From: Malacoraja senta | Taxonomy: Eukaryota | Assembly (NCBI GenBank): GCA_038087875.1 | Contig: CM075990.1 | Location: 12,216,001-12,280,000, forward strand | Length of the DNA stretch: 64,000 nt | Reading direction: 5' to 3' | Shown: one piece after another, positions 26,388 to 39,610 of the stretch | Position numbering within the stretch: the stretch's first letter is position 1 | How the letters are laid out: each line of letters opens with the position of its first letter | Position numbers and translations under genes: made by a program | The notes under the pieces: model-generated | What the model was told of the DNA's origin: nothing | Database searches by the model: none | The model's input: only the letters and a program-made list of their open reading frames with translations

Positions 26388-26705
26388 AAGCCCTGTCCCA
26401 CTGTACGAGTTCATTCAAGAGTTCTCCCGAGTTTGCCCTGATTCGAACTCGGAGATTTACGGTAATAGCCGCTCGCAGGTACTCGGGGCTCTCGTGGACA
26501 TTTTTCAACATGTTGAAAAATCTTCACGAGTCTTCCCGAACTTACCGCGTTTCCCGAGTACCTTCCGTAAGCGTTACGAGCCGCTAAGAGACGTCCCCGA
26601 GCTCCGACGTACCCGCTACGTTCATTCTACATGCTTACCACAAGATTGATTTTTTTTTAAACTCGGGAGAGCTCTTGAATGAACTCGTACAGTGGGACAG
26701 GGCTT
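26388..26705. mobile_element. PIF/Harbinger-type MITE nested in a CR1 fragment
   Basis: TIR AAGCCCTGTCCCACTGTACGAGTTCATTCAAGAG; TAA TSD; same family as 23893-24222. Confidence 0.88.
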
Positions 26706-29700
26706 TAAGGAAGTGATAACTGGATTCTTGATTAGTACGGGTGTCAGAGGTTATGGGGTGAAGGCAGGAGAATGGGGTTTGGATGGAGAGATAGATCAGC
26801 CACGATTGAATGGCGGAGTAGACTTGATGGGCCGAATGGCCTAATTCTACTCCTATCACTTATGACCTAGTGGACAACAAATGTTTGAGGAATAGAATGT
26901 TCGTTTTTGCTCGCACAATATCGATCCCATGTCCATTAGCTGAATGAGGTAATTCCTCTCATAATAGATTATTGCTCTCCCAGTGGGGGCAATAATTCCA
27001 ACGGCAGATTTTCTAAATGATGCTGAAGACTTTTCATGAAAAGTACAGCAAATGCTTTCTTCATTTATTTTGGATTTCGAGGGTCTGCATTTAAAAAAAA
27101 GAAATCATTATGAGTTATTCCAGGGTCCATCCAACATTGATCTCTCCACAAACATTGCCATTATTTGTTCTGTGCTTTCTCTTGCTCTTTGAGGCACTTG
27201 CAGTGTGCCCATTATCTGCTGAATTTTCTACATTACAACAGCGACCACACTTCAAAAAATACACCAATGGCTCTAAAAACCCTTCGGAGAAGTGAAATCT
27301 CTCTTTTATTATTGTTGGGAAGTAGCAAAGTGGAATCCCTGCTGGACAGAACAATTTCCTTCTGTGAACAACTCTCACAAAAGAAAGTATTAAATTACTT
27401 GGATAGAAAAATTGCAGTTGCATTTAGTCGGAAAAAATTGATCGGAGGGGATAAAGTGCTTAATCAAAAATGGGACTTTGAGATACCGGATTGTTCAGGC
27501 ATTTGTTGCGAAGGTGTCCCATGCCAACTTTTTATTCAGTCAATTCCATGGTCATTACATCAAGCAGTGAGATTAATTTAATAGATGCTGCTCCATAGAT
27601 GCTGCCGCACCCGCTGAGTTTCTCCAGCATTTTTGTGTACCTGAGATTAATTGAATGCACCTTGTGATTTCATTCAAGGTTTGTGCTCAGTTTTATGCAG
27701 CACCCATGGATTGGAGAAGCAGATTAATTCTGGACATTGGTTTCATTCTGATTGCCACTCTGCTACAAAGTTAGATCTTGAGCATGTTGATGAACATGGC
27801 CGTACGCTCATGGTGTGAGGCGAACATCCAATTATTTCAGTTAATGTTTCATAATATAGTTTTTTGTTTAGTTTAGAGATACAGACAGCGTGGAAACGGG
27901 CCCTTCGGCCCACCGAGTCGCGCCGACCAGCGATCCCCGCACATGTTAACACTATCCTACACACATCTAGGGACAATTTACACATACACCAAGCCAATTA
28001 ACCTACAAACCTGTTCGTCTTTGGGTGTGGGGGGAAACCGAAGATCTCGGAGAAAACCCACGTGGTCACGGGAGAACGTGCAAACTCCGTACACACAGCA
28101 CCCGTAGCCGGGGTCGAGCCCGGGTCTCCAGCGTTGCGAGCGCTGTAAGGCAGCAACTCTACCATTGCGCCATTGTGCCGCATGTTGTGTTCTCAAGACC
28201 CAGATCCCACTTCCCTTTGCCTACTGCTCTCCCACGCTGCCTAACTACCGTCTATCTTCTTTCCGTGCTTTTATGCCAGGGCAGGTATTTGTGATGTTTA
28301 CACTAGGAACCTAAAGCTTTAGATGATCTCCACTTGGGCACCACTGATGATGACCGGGGCATGTACATCTCGTATCCTGGTCAATAACTTAATCTTACTG
28401 ACATTCAGAGAGAGGTGGACACAAAATGCTGGAGTAACTCAGCGGGACAGTCAGCATCTCTGGATAGAAGGAATGGGTAACGTTTATGGTCGAGACCCTT
28501 CTTCAGACTGAGAGTTAGGGGAAAGGGAGACACAGAGATACGAAGTGTAAGGTGTGAAAACGAGACATCAAAGGGGATGCAATTCAAGGAAAATGTAGAA
28601 TAGACATTGTAGCTAGGAGAAGTTGACACGAAGCATACAGTGATAAAATGTAATCAGGGGGTCAGTAAGACTGGTTGGAGAACTGGAAGGGGGAGGGATG
28701 GATGAGAGGGAAAGCAAGGTTTACTTGAAGTTAGAGAAGTCAATGTTCATACCGCTGCTGTATAAGCTGCCCAAGCAAAATATGAGAGGTTACTGTCTTG
28801 ATTTCAAGATAAGGCAGCCAACATTACAAAGGACCATTTACACCTCGACCATTCCTCTAGCCTCTCGTGTTGAGCAGAAAATACAAAAGCTGGAAAGCAC
28901 ATACCACCATATTCAGGAACAGCTCCTTCCCTGCTGTTGTCAAACTCATAAGCAAGGTTGTAGTCCCGATCTCCCAACCTGCCTCTTTGCACCCTTGCAC
29001 TTTTTAAAATCTGCATTTCCTTCCTAACTGTAACATTAACAATATAACGTTGCAACACCAGATCCTACACTCTGGTATTTTCTCTGCCCCTGTGGACCTT
29101 GTGTATAGCATGATTGTACTCATGTATATTATGATTTGACTGGATAGCATGAAAACAAAGTGTTTCACTGTATTTGAGCGCACTTGACCATAATAAACCA
29201 ATAGTAATACCATCCCAAAGCTAGTCAGATAACCCAACTGGAATGGGCAATGTTAGTCTTTGGGGAAATGTCAGTGAAGGTTGTAATTCACTCTGTGATG
29301 TGTAATCGCAAACTTGTCATTGTAGCAAGTAAATTGAGCTTTGATAATTTGGAAAGCATGACCTTAATAAATGTCAATAAAAACTGTTAGTGAAATTATT
29401 AAAAGTTAATTTTTTTTAAAAAGCATTGTTGTGAGGACTGTGCTTAAACCAGCTCACTCTGACACTGTCCTCCCATATTAATGTGATGTGGTGAGTTTGC
29501 CTGACCATAAATCAATACCACAGGGTCATTCATTTGAGGCAGCGCTCCAGGATTTATAAAGCTTTACAAAGTAAAATATGTTCTGTACTCTGACTTCACT
29601 TCAGGAGGCACTGCCTTAAATCTTTTTTTATCTCATTGTTCTCCTGATACTGAATAACTCAAATCCATTCACGTTGTGACTATGACAGACACAAAATGTC

Positions 29701-31159
29701 AGAGTAACTCAGCGGGTCAGGCAACATCTCTGGAGAGAAGGAATAGGTGACGTTTCGGGTCAAGACTCTTGTTCAGACTGACCTGACGCTCATCCATGGA
29801 AGGGTCTTGACCCAAAACTCCACCTATTCCTTTTCTCCAGAGATGCTGCCTGACTCGCTGAGTTACTCCAGCATTTTGTGTCCATCTTCAATGTGCAGTT
29901 CCTTCTTCACCGTTCTATCCATTCTTAGAACAAAGCAAGAGTAGTCCTACCTACAATGAAGAGGCATCAAAGAAAGATCGGGCTGTCGATTCGGAAACAA
30001 CGGCTTACCTGCTGTTACCAGACTACTGATTGGACTCTCATAGGTTCAGTGTGGTCATGATCTTCCAACCTGCCTCATTGTAGCCCACTTTTTCTTTTTT
30101 GCTAACTGCATTTCCTCTGTAGCTGCAATGCTAAAAGCGCTGTATTCTGTTCTCAAAAGAAGGGACTCCTGACCTGAAACATCATCTACCCCGACATCAA
30201 GGTGATTGCTGGTCGACCCGTACTCGATGGGCCTGTTTCCATGCTGTGTCTCTAAAGTCTATCCATGTTCTCCAGAGATGCTGTCTGACCGGCTGAGTTA
30301 TTCCAGTGTTTTGTGTCATTTTTATACACCAGTATCTGTAGTTCCTTGTTTCTACATTCTGGTGACACTTCAGCACAAAGCAGAGAAATTAGGTATGATC
30401 TGTGATTGTATTTTCTCTCAATCTTATAAACTGGAGAGGAAAGATGGCCAAGGATAGATGTGCTCAATATTTTTGAGATGTTGTGTAAACAGACATTGTA
30501 CATACATGATAGGTGGAGTATTCAGCGTGCATATCTGTGGAACGTTTGCATTTATTATTTTATTCAGGAAACATTGGAGCTGAAGAGGGAGAAGTGAGAG
30601 TGTATGACTGGCTTTATTTAATGCAAGGTCAGAAAGAAAACAACATTGACATTCAAAGCCAATTAATCATGTCTCTATTAAGTCTACCACCAGGAAGGCT
30701 CCAAGTCGGTGGCTTGCATTGGGAAAGGCACTCTAATTGTGTAGGGAAGACCTGCAGATGCTGGCTTACACCAAAGATAGTCACAGAATGCTCGAAACAT
30801 CACCCATTCCTTCTCTCAAGAGATGCTGCCTGTCCCGCTGAGTTACTCCAGCATTTTGTGCCTCTCTAGTTATTTCTCACTACCTGTAATATGCATTGTA
30901 CTCATGCATGGTATGATTTGACTGGGTAGCACTCCAAGTTTTCACTGTATCTCGGTACACATGACAATAATAAACCACGACCAGTACCAAGAGTAACTCA
31001 GCGGGTCAGGCAGCATCTCTGAAGAAAAGGAATAGGTGACGTTTCGGGTCGAGACTGGATGAAGGGTCTCAACCCGAAATGTCCTTCTCTCCAGAGATGC
31101 TGTCTGACCCGCTGAGTTAGTCCAGCATCTGTAATTCCTTCTTATACCAAGACGTCATG

Positions 31160-31410
31160 TCCTAAGGTGGTGGAGATCCTTGATGTTAGATGCCTCCTTC
31201 TTGAGGTAGAAGCTTTCTATGGAGGGGTGGCCTGTGCCCATGATGGTGCGGGCTGAATCCACCACTCCGTGCAGCCTCTTGTGTTCCTGTGCCTTGGTAT
31301 TGGAGTACCAGGCCGTGATGTCACATCGATCAGACATGATACTTTCTGCTGAGCATTTGCAGATGTTGGTCAGAGTATTCGGCGACAAACTGCATGGAAA
31401 GTAGAAGCGC
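31160..31410 (-). mobile_element. Rex1/Babar-like LINE fragment
   Basis: CSAESIM...ITAWYSN...KRLHGVVDSARTIMG...PSIESFY. Confidence 0.6.
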
Positions 31411-33172
31411 AATGGGGATAGTGAGACCAAGCAAAATAGTGTAAGAAAGGCTGGTAAAGTTTGAGTAGGGAGAACTGATGTGTAAGGGGAAGTATGATTT
31501 TGGAGTACTGGGAGGAAGATGAATCTAGGTGGAGACTGAAATTACAAGATTTAGAGTCTTACAGCATGGAAATGGGCTCTTTGGCCCAACATGACTATCT
31601 ACACTAGTCCCACCTGCCTGCGTTTGGCTCACATCCCTCTAAACCTGTCCGATCCATGTACTGTCTAAATGTTTCTTAAATGTTGCAATAGTCCCTGCCT
31701 CAACTACCTTCTCTGGCAGCCTGTTCGATACACCCACCACCCTTTGTGTGAAAACGTTACCCCTCAGATTCCCTTCACCTTAAACCTATGTCCTCCGGTT
31801 CTCGATTCCCCTACACTGGCCAAGAGACTCTGTGCATCCGATCTATTCCTCTCCTGATTTTGTACACCTCTATAAGATCAACCCTCATCCTCCTTCACAG
31901 GTTATGGTGAAGCAGTTTGGTGCAGAGCTTGAGAAAAGAATGTAGTTCAGATGTCTCAGTTGAAACAAATTTATAGCTCCTGGGAGTTATATATATGTTT
32001 GCTCCTGGGAGGGCAGGAGCAAACAATGATTTTCAATAAATGCCATGCAATAGAAACAGAATTTTGATTCCTTCAATCACAAGGGACTCAATAGTTATCA
32101 GTTTGTCTTTTTATTCAACCCCTCTGCTATTTTTAGGTCTCCATTCATTCGCTAAATTAAACCTGAAAGTTCTAATAAAATGTGCATTGAAGCATATGCA
32201 CACCATAAAAAGTGCTGACTTATCTATTTTGGATTTATGTTTAACTCCCAGGAATTCTTTTTTAATTAAAATCAATATGAGAATTGGTGGACTCACAGAA
32301 TACATATTTGTTAAATATGGATTTATGACTCGAATACTGGTTGTCATCGATTCTGCGAGCCTAACAGCTGGAAAAGTATTAAAAGAAACATTTATTACAC
32401 CTCAACAAATGTTACATATTTAGGGCTTGAACGAGGTGCATAATCACGAACTGGCTGTCTTCACTGCCACAGTTGTACGTTTATATTACGGTTGGATTCC
32501 GTCAATAAGTAGTCCTCATCATAAAATGATCCATCATAATCCATTGTAGTGCACAGTTGAATTGATGGAGCCTGCAGTCCTTAGAGGGACATTTGATCAA
32601 GTTCCCATCTCTTCTGGTATCAGTGATTCTCAGACTCTCTTCCAGGAAAGCTGAGAATGCTTCTGATATCCTGGCAAGTATTCATCTTGAAGTCTGCACC
32701 ATCATTGCATCAATCACCGGTCATTTATTGGGGGGGGATTTTGCTGCGTGCGACATGCCCACTACATCTGAGTTTAGTTTAGAGATACAGTGTGGAAATA
32801 GGCCCATCGGCCCACCGAGTCCGCGCCGACCAGCGATCCCTGCACACTAACGCTATCCTGCACACACGCGGGCCAATTTACAGTTTTGCCAAGCCAATAA
32901 ACCTAGGAACACGTACGTTTTTGGAATGTGGGAGGAAACCGGAGATCCTGGAGCAAACCCACGCAGGTCACGGGGAGAACGGACGAACTCCGTACTGACA
33001 GCACCCGTATCCAGTATCGAACCTGGGTCTCAGGCGCTGTCGAGCAGCAACTCTACCGCCCTGTTAATATAGACTTCTGCTTTCAATTGTCAATGGTTCA
33101 AAAAAACGTTTTGGAAACGATATATAAACTCTTGTCCTCATTGACACATTATCTTTTTCATCTTCACCGTAG

Positions 33173-33361
33173 GGGACTGAGCTGAACGATGACAGGACGC
33201 CATCAAACGCCACCGTTTCCACCACGTTTAATATCCTGGTCATTGACGTCAATGACAATCCTCCACAATTCAACCAGTCTGAATACATCGTCAGCATCAC
33301 GGAACTGGCCCAGGTGGGCTTCGCTCTCCCGCTCTTCATCCAGGTGCAAGATAAAGACGAT
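33173..33361 (+). CDS. CDH23: Cadherin-23 internal coding exon (end of EC3/start of EC4), 189 nt
   Basis: Acceptor tctttttcatcttcaccgtAG, donor GTAAGT. Translates GTELNDDRTPSNATVSTTFNILVIDVNDNPPQFNQSEYIVSITELAQVGFALPLFIQVQDKDD, with DxNDN and DxD motifs. Joins the previous exon in phase 0. Confidence 0.96.
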
Positions 33362-33635
33362 GTAAGTAGCAAAGTACAGCCTGTGGAGCTCTCAACCCCC
33401 TGGGGTTGGGCCATTGATGCCCTTTTGCCGTGCGCCGTAAACCCAAGCCAGTTGTTTAATTTATTGTCACTTGTACTGAGGTAACCATGAACAGCTTTTG
33501 TCGCGTGTCATCCAGTCAGCAGAAAGACAATACAGGATTACAATCGAGCCATTCACAGTGCACAGATTACATGATAAGGGAATAACGTTTAGTGCCAGGT
33601 TGAGCCAGCAATCTCCGTGGATTATCTCCGTGGAT

Positions 33636-34022
33636 TGTCACCTTGTCGGGTGGAGAAGCTTGTGTGGACCTGAGATCCTGAGAGCGATGCCGTCTGGAGC
33701 GATGCTCCTGGTAGGGCCACCCATGGCGGTAAGGTCGAGGGGGAGGTCTCTGACAAAGAGCAATCCAACCAAGACCTCAACGGTGGAACAGGCGGAGGAC
33801 GATGGCTGACCTTAGTGGAGCGTCACAACGGCTGGGAAGGCGGATGAAGGCTGCAGCAGAAAAGGGTCTCCGGTTGTCTTGGACTCCATGCCACTGGATC
33901 CTGACCCAGATCTGTCAAGGACCATGAGGTGGCTGTCTGTGCACCAGTCTCCCCACGCTAAACAAAGTCACGCACAGGCGTCCTCCATATAGGGAATAGC
34001 ACCCTGGAGACACCCATGGTCA
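33636..34022 (+). mobile_element. RTE-clade LINE 5'UTR-like fragment
   Basis: caccttgtcgggtggagaagcttg...gatgccgt...agggccacccatggcgg..ggtc...ctgacaaa resembles the recalled BovB/RTE 5' end. Confidence 0.5.
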
Positions 34023-34364
34023 GGGGGGCAAAGAGAAGCCAGCAAAGTTTGATCAAGGTCCATTAGGGTCCATTGTCATGGAGAGGTCAACATATCACAT
34101 CGATGAGCCACACTGTGGTGCAGCGAGTAGAACCTTTGCCTCATGGTGCCAGAGAACAAGATTCAAACCAAACCTCGGTGCTGTCCCTGTGGAGATTGCA
34201 TTGTCCTCATCTTCAGCCCGAAGGAGGGTCCCGAACCAAGACGTCACCTATCCATGTTCTCTTGAATAGATTTCTTATAAGCACATGATGAATTCACGAT
34301 CCTCCAATTTCCCTCACTGCGGCCCGTGTGTTCTTTTTAACATGCATTTTCACTGTAAGTGTAA

Positions 34365-35412
34365 AGGGCCTGTCCCACTTGTGTGTCCTTGGCACGCAAA
34401 TTGGCACCTTTTGGTCGCGTTGAGCCACGACGGTCCCGCGAAGATCGGGCGCGATTACATGCGTACGCACAGCCGTCTGGAGCGCGTGACGTCATTTGAA
34501 GATGGACACAAAGCTGGAGTAACTCAGCGGGACCGGCAGCATCTCTGGAGAGAAGGAATGGGTGACGTTTCGTGTCGAGACTCTTCTTCAGTCTGAAAAG
34601 AAGGGTCTTGACCCGAAACGTCACCCATTCCTTCTCTCCAGAGATGCTGCTGGTCCCGCTGAGTTACTCCAGCATTTTGTGTCTATCTTCAATTTTCTTG
34701 GCCCCGCTCTGGAAGTAGAAGTGGGGGCGGATCCGGACCGCCACGGCCGTGAGCCCCAGGCCGAGTTCGGCGATCGTTTGCCTGCTTCTGCTGCTGTTGG
34801 AGATGAGACGTTGCGCCGCGCCAGGGTCTTGGGCCTGTCCCACTTTGGCCGTCAGTTCCGCGACAGGCCGTCGGCGCGCGAAGATTTCGTTCGCTACAAA
34901 AATTTCGGAGCCCCGCGCGATAATAATAATAATAATACATTTTATTTATGGGCGCCTATACAAAAGTCTCAAGGACACCTTACAAAATTTAACAAAGAAA
35001 CATATAATCAGAGTAAAATAAGTTATAAAGACATCACCAATACACAAATTAAAGACAGAAATTCGATCCAAAAAACAAAAACAAAACAATTCAGAGACAC
35101 AATGTGAAGAGAGAGCAGCGGCAGCTAAACCGCGCCAGCGTCCACTCTCCCTTCCGACCGCCATCTTGGACACAGACTAACATAGACACTACACACTACA
35201 CTCAAAAATCATCCCCCCCACAATGGTTACCACTGTGGGGGAAGGCACAATGTCCAGTCCCCAACCCCAATGCGATGTCGCGCACAACTACATACCCCTC
35301 CGCGCTTCTAAGTGGGACCGGCCCCACACGGCCATACGATGCCCGTGCGCCTCAACGTGACCACGAGGTCGCGTAATTTGCGTGCCAAGGACACGTAAGT
35401 TGGACAGGCCCT
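34365..35412. mobile_element. PIF/Harbinger-type non-autonomous element with nested insertions
   Basis: ~38-bp TIR AGGGCCTGTCCCACTT..GTGTCCTTGGCACGCAAATT; TAA TSD. Contains a Penelope palindrome (about 34496-34692) and a minus-strand LINE 3' end with (TAA)n (about 34921-35270). Confidence 0.85.
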
Positions 35413-36579
35413 TAACAATATATATGCACTCTGTTTATTTATCCTCTTAGACTACCTAATGTATGATTTGTCTGAATAGCACGCAAAACGTTGTTTCGGA
35501 AGTTTAGAGCTGATCTGAGGGGACTTTTTTAAATTCAGGGAGTGGTTGGAATCTGAAGTCGGATACTTTGTTTTTCACTATTTGTTGGACTTAACAATAA
35601 TAAGCCAACAAAGTGGCAGCAAGCAAAAGGGTTTCATTGTTCCTGTTCATATTCAGTGCCGATGATAAATAAGCAGTCTTCCCTGTTGATTCTGCTGGGA
35701 GATTAAGTTGCAGAGAATCTGTAAAGGTGAACCATTGTACATCGATCACCAAGACAAAAGCCAGGTTAATTGACTTTTTCTGTTCATCCACACACAGTGT
35801 TGTCACACTATCTCGCCTCCCAGATTCAAAAGGCATTGCAATCTCTTCCTGCCGTCACCTCTCCTCCTCCTCGCCAGCTACCATGTGTCAATGTCTCGTC
35901 TATAAACTCTCTTGAAATAGAGCACCAAATATTTTAAACATTGAGGCTTTTGTACAAATGCAAACGTGTGGCTTCCTCGACCATTGTGCTTCACTGCGGC
36001 CACAGCACAAGCACTCGCCATTTGACACAACCAGTCCACGCTGCTGTTTAATCCCACACACAAATCTCCTGCCACTCCTGTTTGGTCTTACGCCCTTTGG
36101 CCCGTCACATCCATGCAGACCATTGCACCCAATATCACCCAAGTCTCGACACGAAACGTCACCCAAATGTCATACATGTATATATGTATGTAGTTTGTTT
36201 TGTTTATGCTATTCTTATAACAAATGTAAAGCACTTTGGCCGACGAGAGTTGTTTTTTAAATGTGCTATATAAATAAATGTGACTTGACTTGACTTGACT
36301 TGACCCATTCCTTCTCTCCAGACAGAGACTCTGGGTTACTCCGGCTTTTTGTGCCCAGCTTTGGTTTAAACCAACATTTCCTTCCTGCACCCAATATACT
36401 AATTCCATTCACCCATACGAGGTAGAAACGAGGAACTGTCGATGCTGGTTTACAAAGAAAAGGCACAAAGTGCTGGAGTAACTCTGCAGGTCAGGCAAGC
36501 ATCTCTGGGTCGAAACAATTAAATGTTTATTTGGTGGAAGTTGGTCTTGTCTGGCATCCCTGGGGCTCCATAGAGATCA

Positions 36580-36615
36580 GCACTGAAGAAGGGTCTCGAC
36601 CCGAAACGTCACCCA
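36580..36615 (+). ncRNA. Minimal hammerhead-ribozyme motif in a Penelope terminus (representative sense-strand copy)
   Basis: CTGAAGA-A-GGGT(CTCG)ACCC-GAAAC-GTC: CUGANGA core, stem II, GAAA, palindromic ACGT mini helix III and GUC triplet. Helix I is very short. More than 20 related copies occur on both strands. Confidence 0.65.
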
Positions 36616-37684
36616 TTCCTTCACTCCGGAGATGCTGTCTGACCCACTGAGTTACTCTAGCTTTTTGCGCCTATCTTCAGCACCACATGTGTGTAGGAAA
36701 GAACTGCAGATGCTGGTTTAAATCAAAGATAGACACAAAATACTGGAGTAACTCAGCGGGACAGGCAGCATCTCTGGAGAGAAGGAATGGGTGACATTTT
36801 GGGTCGAGAGCCTTCTTCAGACAGATGTCAGGGGAGTGGGCGGTACATAGATAAGGAAGTTTATAGAAAAGGAAGTGAAAGGTGTGAAAACGTGACCAAG
36901 GGAATGGAGATCAAGGAAAATGTGGAATAGATCATTGTTAGTTGGGAGAAGGTGACAACAAAGCAGACAGATAAAATGTAGTCAGCGACAGTAAGACTGG
37001 TCGGAGAACTGGGAAGGGAGAGGGGATGGAGAGAGAGGGAAAGCAAGGGCTACTTGAAGTTAGAGAAGTCAATGTTCATACTGCTGGGTATTCAGCACTA
37101 CATATCTCCATTGGAAGTTTATTTACAATGTCTTGGGCAACTCCACAGGGACACGGGAGCAGATCGCTGCAAGGAAGATTTAATTTGGCTCGGGCTGCAC
37201 GGCAACGTACCAAGAAATAGATTGAAAGGGAGGGGGAGGGGGGGGGGGGAGAAAATCAATGGCCCTGGCCATCAAGCAGAGATAAGCTGGGAACCTGTTG
37301 AGTTTCATTGATCTCTCTCCTGTATCTGTCTGTATGGAAACCCAAGTGATAATTCACAAGGGTGACAACAGAACAAGAGAAATAGCAGAATTGTAATGAT
37401 TCGCTCACTCGCGTTAACTGCTAGAATAAGGCACGGAACACTTGTCCACGTCGCTGCCTTAGCCGCACATTTAATTAAAAATGTGGAGGATTGAAACTCA
37501 AAAGGGAATTCTTTGTATTTTTTTTCGAAATTTCCAAACACTTCAACTCAATTCTATTTTAAAAGCAGGAATTACCATTTGTTTTTGACCAGCATTTTGT
37601 TATATTTTCTTCGGTCTTTTTCACTCCTGTCATGATCCCAACCGATGAGGAATAGATGACCTGCTGCTTCTCCGTGTCGTTCGC

Positions 37685-37770
37685 CCCCTAGAGCTTGTAT
37701 CCAGCGTGTATCTGATCCCAACTCTTCCCCTAGAGCTTGTATCCAGCGTGTATCTGATCCCAACTCTTCC
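37685..37770. repeat. Perfect 42-bp tandem duplication
   Basis: CCCCTAGAGCTTGTATCCAGCGTGTATCTGATCCCAACTCTT x2. Confidence 0.92.
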
Positions 37771-39124
37771 TCAATGGAAGAGTCTGAAGAAGGTGTCTCG
37801 ACCCGAAACGTCACCTATTCCTTCTCTCCAGAGACGCTGCCTGACCCGCTGAGTTACTCCAACATTTTGTGTCTCTTCCTAGAGTTGCTGCCTCACAGCG
37901 CCAGAGACCCGGTGTCGATCCTGGCCTCGGTTGTTGTATGTATGGAGTTTCTGCGAATTTCCCATGACCGCGTGGGTTTTCTCCAGGTGCTCCGGTTTCT
38001 TCCCACACTCCAAAGACGTACAGGTTTGCAGGTTGATTGGCTTTGTTTAAAAATTGTAAATTGTCCCAAGTATGTCGGATAGTGTTGGTGTGCGGGGATC
38101 GCTGGGCAGCATGGACTCCGTGATCCGAAAGGCCTGTTTCCGTGCTGTATCTCAAAACAAAACAAAACTAAAATTCATCAACGCCGATTCTTTCAAAAAG
38201 GTGGATGTTTACTATTTAATCTCAGTGGGCAAACATTCCCCCCCCCCCCCCCCCCCCTTCCCCGCCATAAATTGGGAAGCTGCTCACGGTAACACGGTCA
38301 GCCCGCACACATCACAACCCTTTACAGCAGCAAGCTTATCTTGGAACCTGTCGGATTCCTGGTGAACGCAAAATGCTGGAGTAACTCAGCGGGACAGGCA
38401 GCATCTCTGGAGAGAAGGAATGGGTGACGTTTCGGGTCGAGACTGTCGGATTCCTGCCTGTCTCCAGCATGGCTACGATCTGGGATGGGGCAGCAGCAGG
38501 GATGGTGATTTGACCATCACACAGCTGCTGGTGCCAGTAGCAGCTGATTACAGAAACCATTGACGTTGCAGTTGGTGCTGGTGGGACATCTGGCGTGGTG
38601 CAATCTGGTGCTCAGTGCCTGGGTCACCATAGAACATAGAACAGCATAGGAACTGGCCCTTCGGCCCACAATGTCTGTGCCAAACATAATGCCAAGACCA
38701 ACTCCTATCTCCCTGCATGCAATCCATGTCCTCCATTCCCTGCATATAAATATGCCTTTTCTGAAGTCTCTTAAATGCCTCAAGATGCATCATATCTGCC
38801 ACAACCACCATCCCTGGCAGCTTATTCCAGGCACTCACCACCCTCCGTGTAAAAGATAAACTTGCCCCGTACGTCATCTTTAAATTTCCCCCTCCCCTCT
38901 CACCTTAAAGCTGTACCCTCCTGCATTTGATATTTTTATCCGGGGGGGAAAGGTCCCGACTGTCAACCCGAATAGAACCCAGGGTTCAACAGGGCGGAGA
39001 TAGTCACAAAGTGATGGAGTAACTCAGCAGGTCAGGCATGCATCTCTGGAGAAAACGAATGGGTGACATTTAGGGTCATGACCCTCCTTCAGACTGAAAG
39101 TAGTGGGGAGGGAACTGGAGGCAA

Positions 39125-39610
39125 GAGTTCACAAGTTATTGTAGAATTCGGCCATTCAGACCATCGAACCCACTCCGCCATTCAATCCTGGCCGATCTCT
39201 GCCTCCCAATCCCATTTTCCTGCCTTCTCCCCATAATCCTTGACACCCGTTCTAATCAAGAAATTGTCTATCTCTGCCTTAAAAATATCCACTAACTACC
39301 CTCTGGTGGAAGAAGTTCCTCCTCACCTCCTTTCTAAAAGAGCGCCCTTTAATTCTGAGGATATGACCTCTGGTCCTGGACTGTCCCACCAGTGGAAACA
39401 TCCTTTCCACATCCACCCTATCTACGCCTTTCATTATTCTGTAAGTTTCAATGAAGTCCACCCTCAACCTTCTAAACTCCAGCGAGTACAGGCCCAGTGC
39501 TGTCAAGCACTCATCATACGCTAACCCACTCATTCCTGCGATCATTCTTGTCAACCTCCTCTGGACCCTCTCCAGAGCCAGCACATCCTTCCTCAGATAC
39601 GGGGCCCAAG
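39125..39610 (-). mobile_element. CR1/HER1 LINE 3' fragment
   Basis: LERVQRRLTRMI...LGLYSLEFRRLRVDFIETYRI. Confidence 0.85.

Noticed and set aside
33064..33414. 116-aa minus-strand ORF (similarly 5653-6069 and 51729-52259)
   Set aside because: Antisense shadows of CDH23 exons.
34562..35107. 181-aa plus-strand ORF
   Set aside because: Chimeric read-through of Penelope terminus, MITE interior and a (TAA)n LINE tail.
35705..35730. agAATCTG (Asn-Leu) as a possible orthologue of the 6-nt microexon
   Set aside because: The GT falls after 5 or 7 nt rather than 6, and there is no pyrimidine tract.
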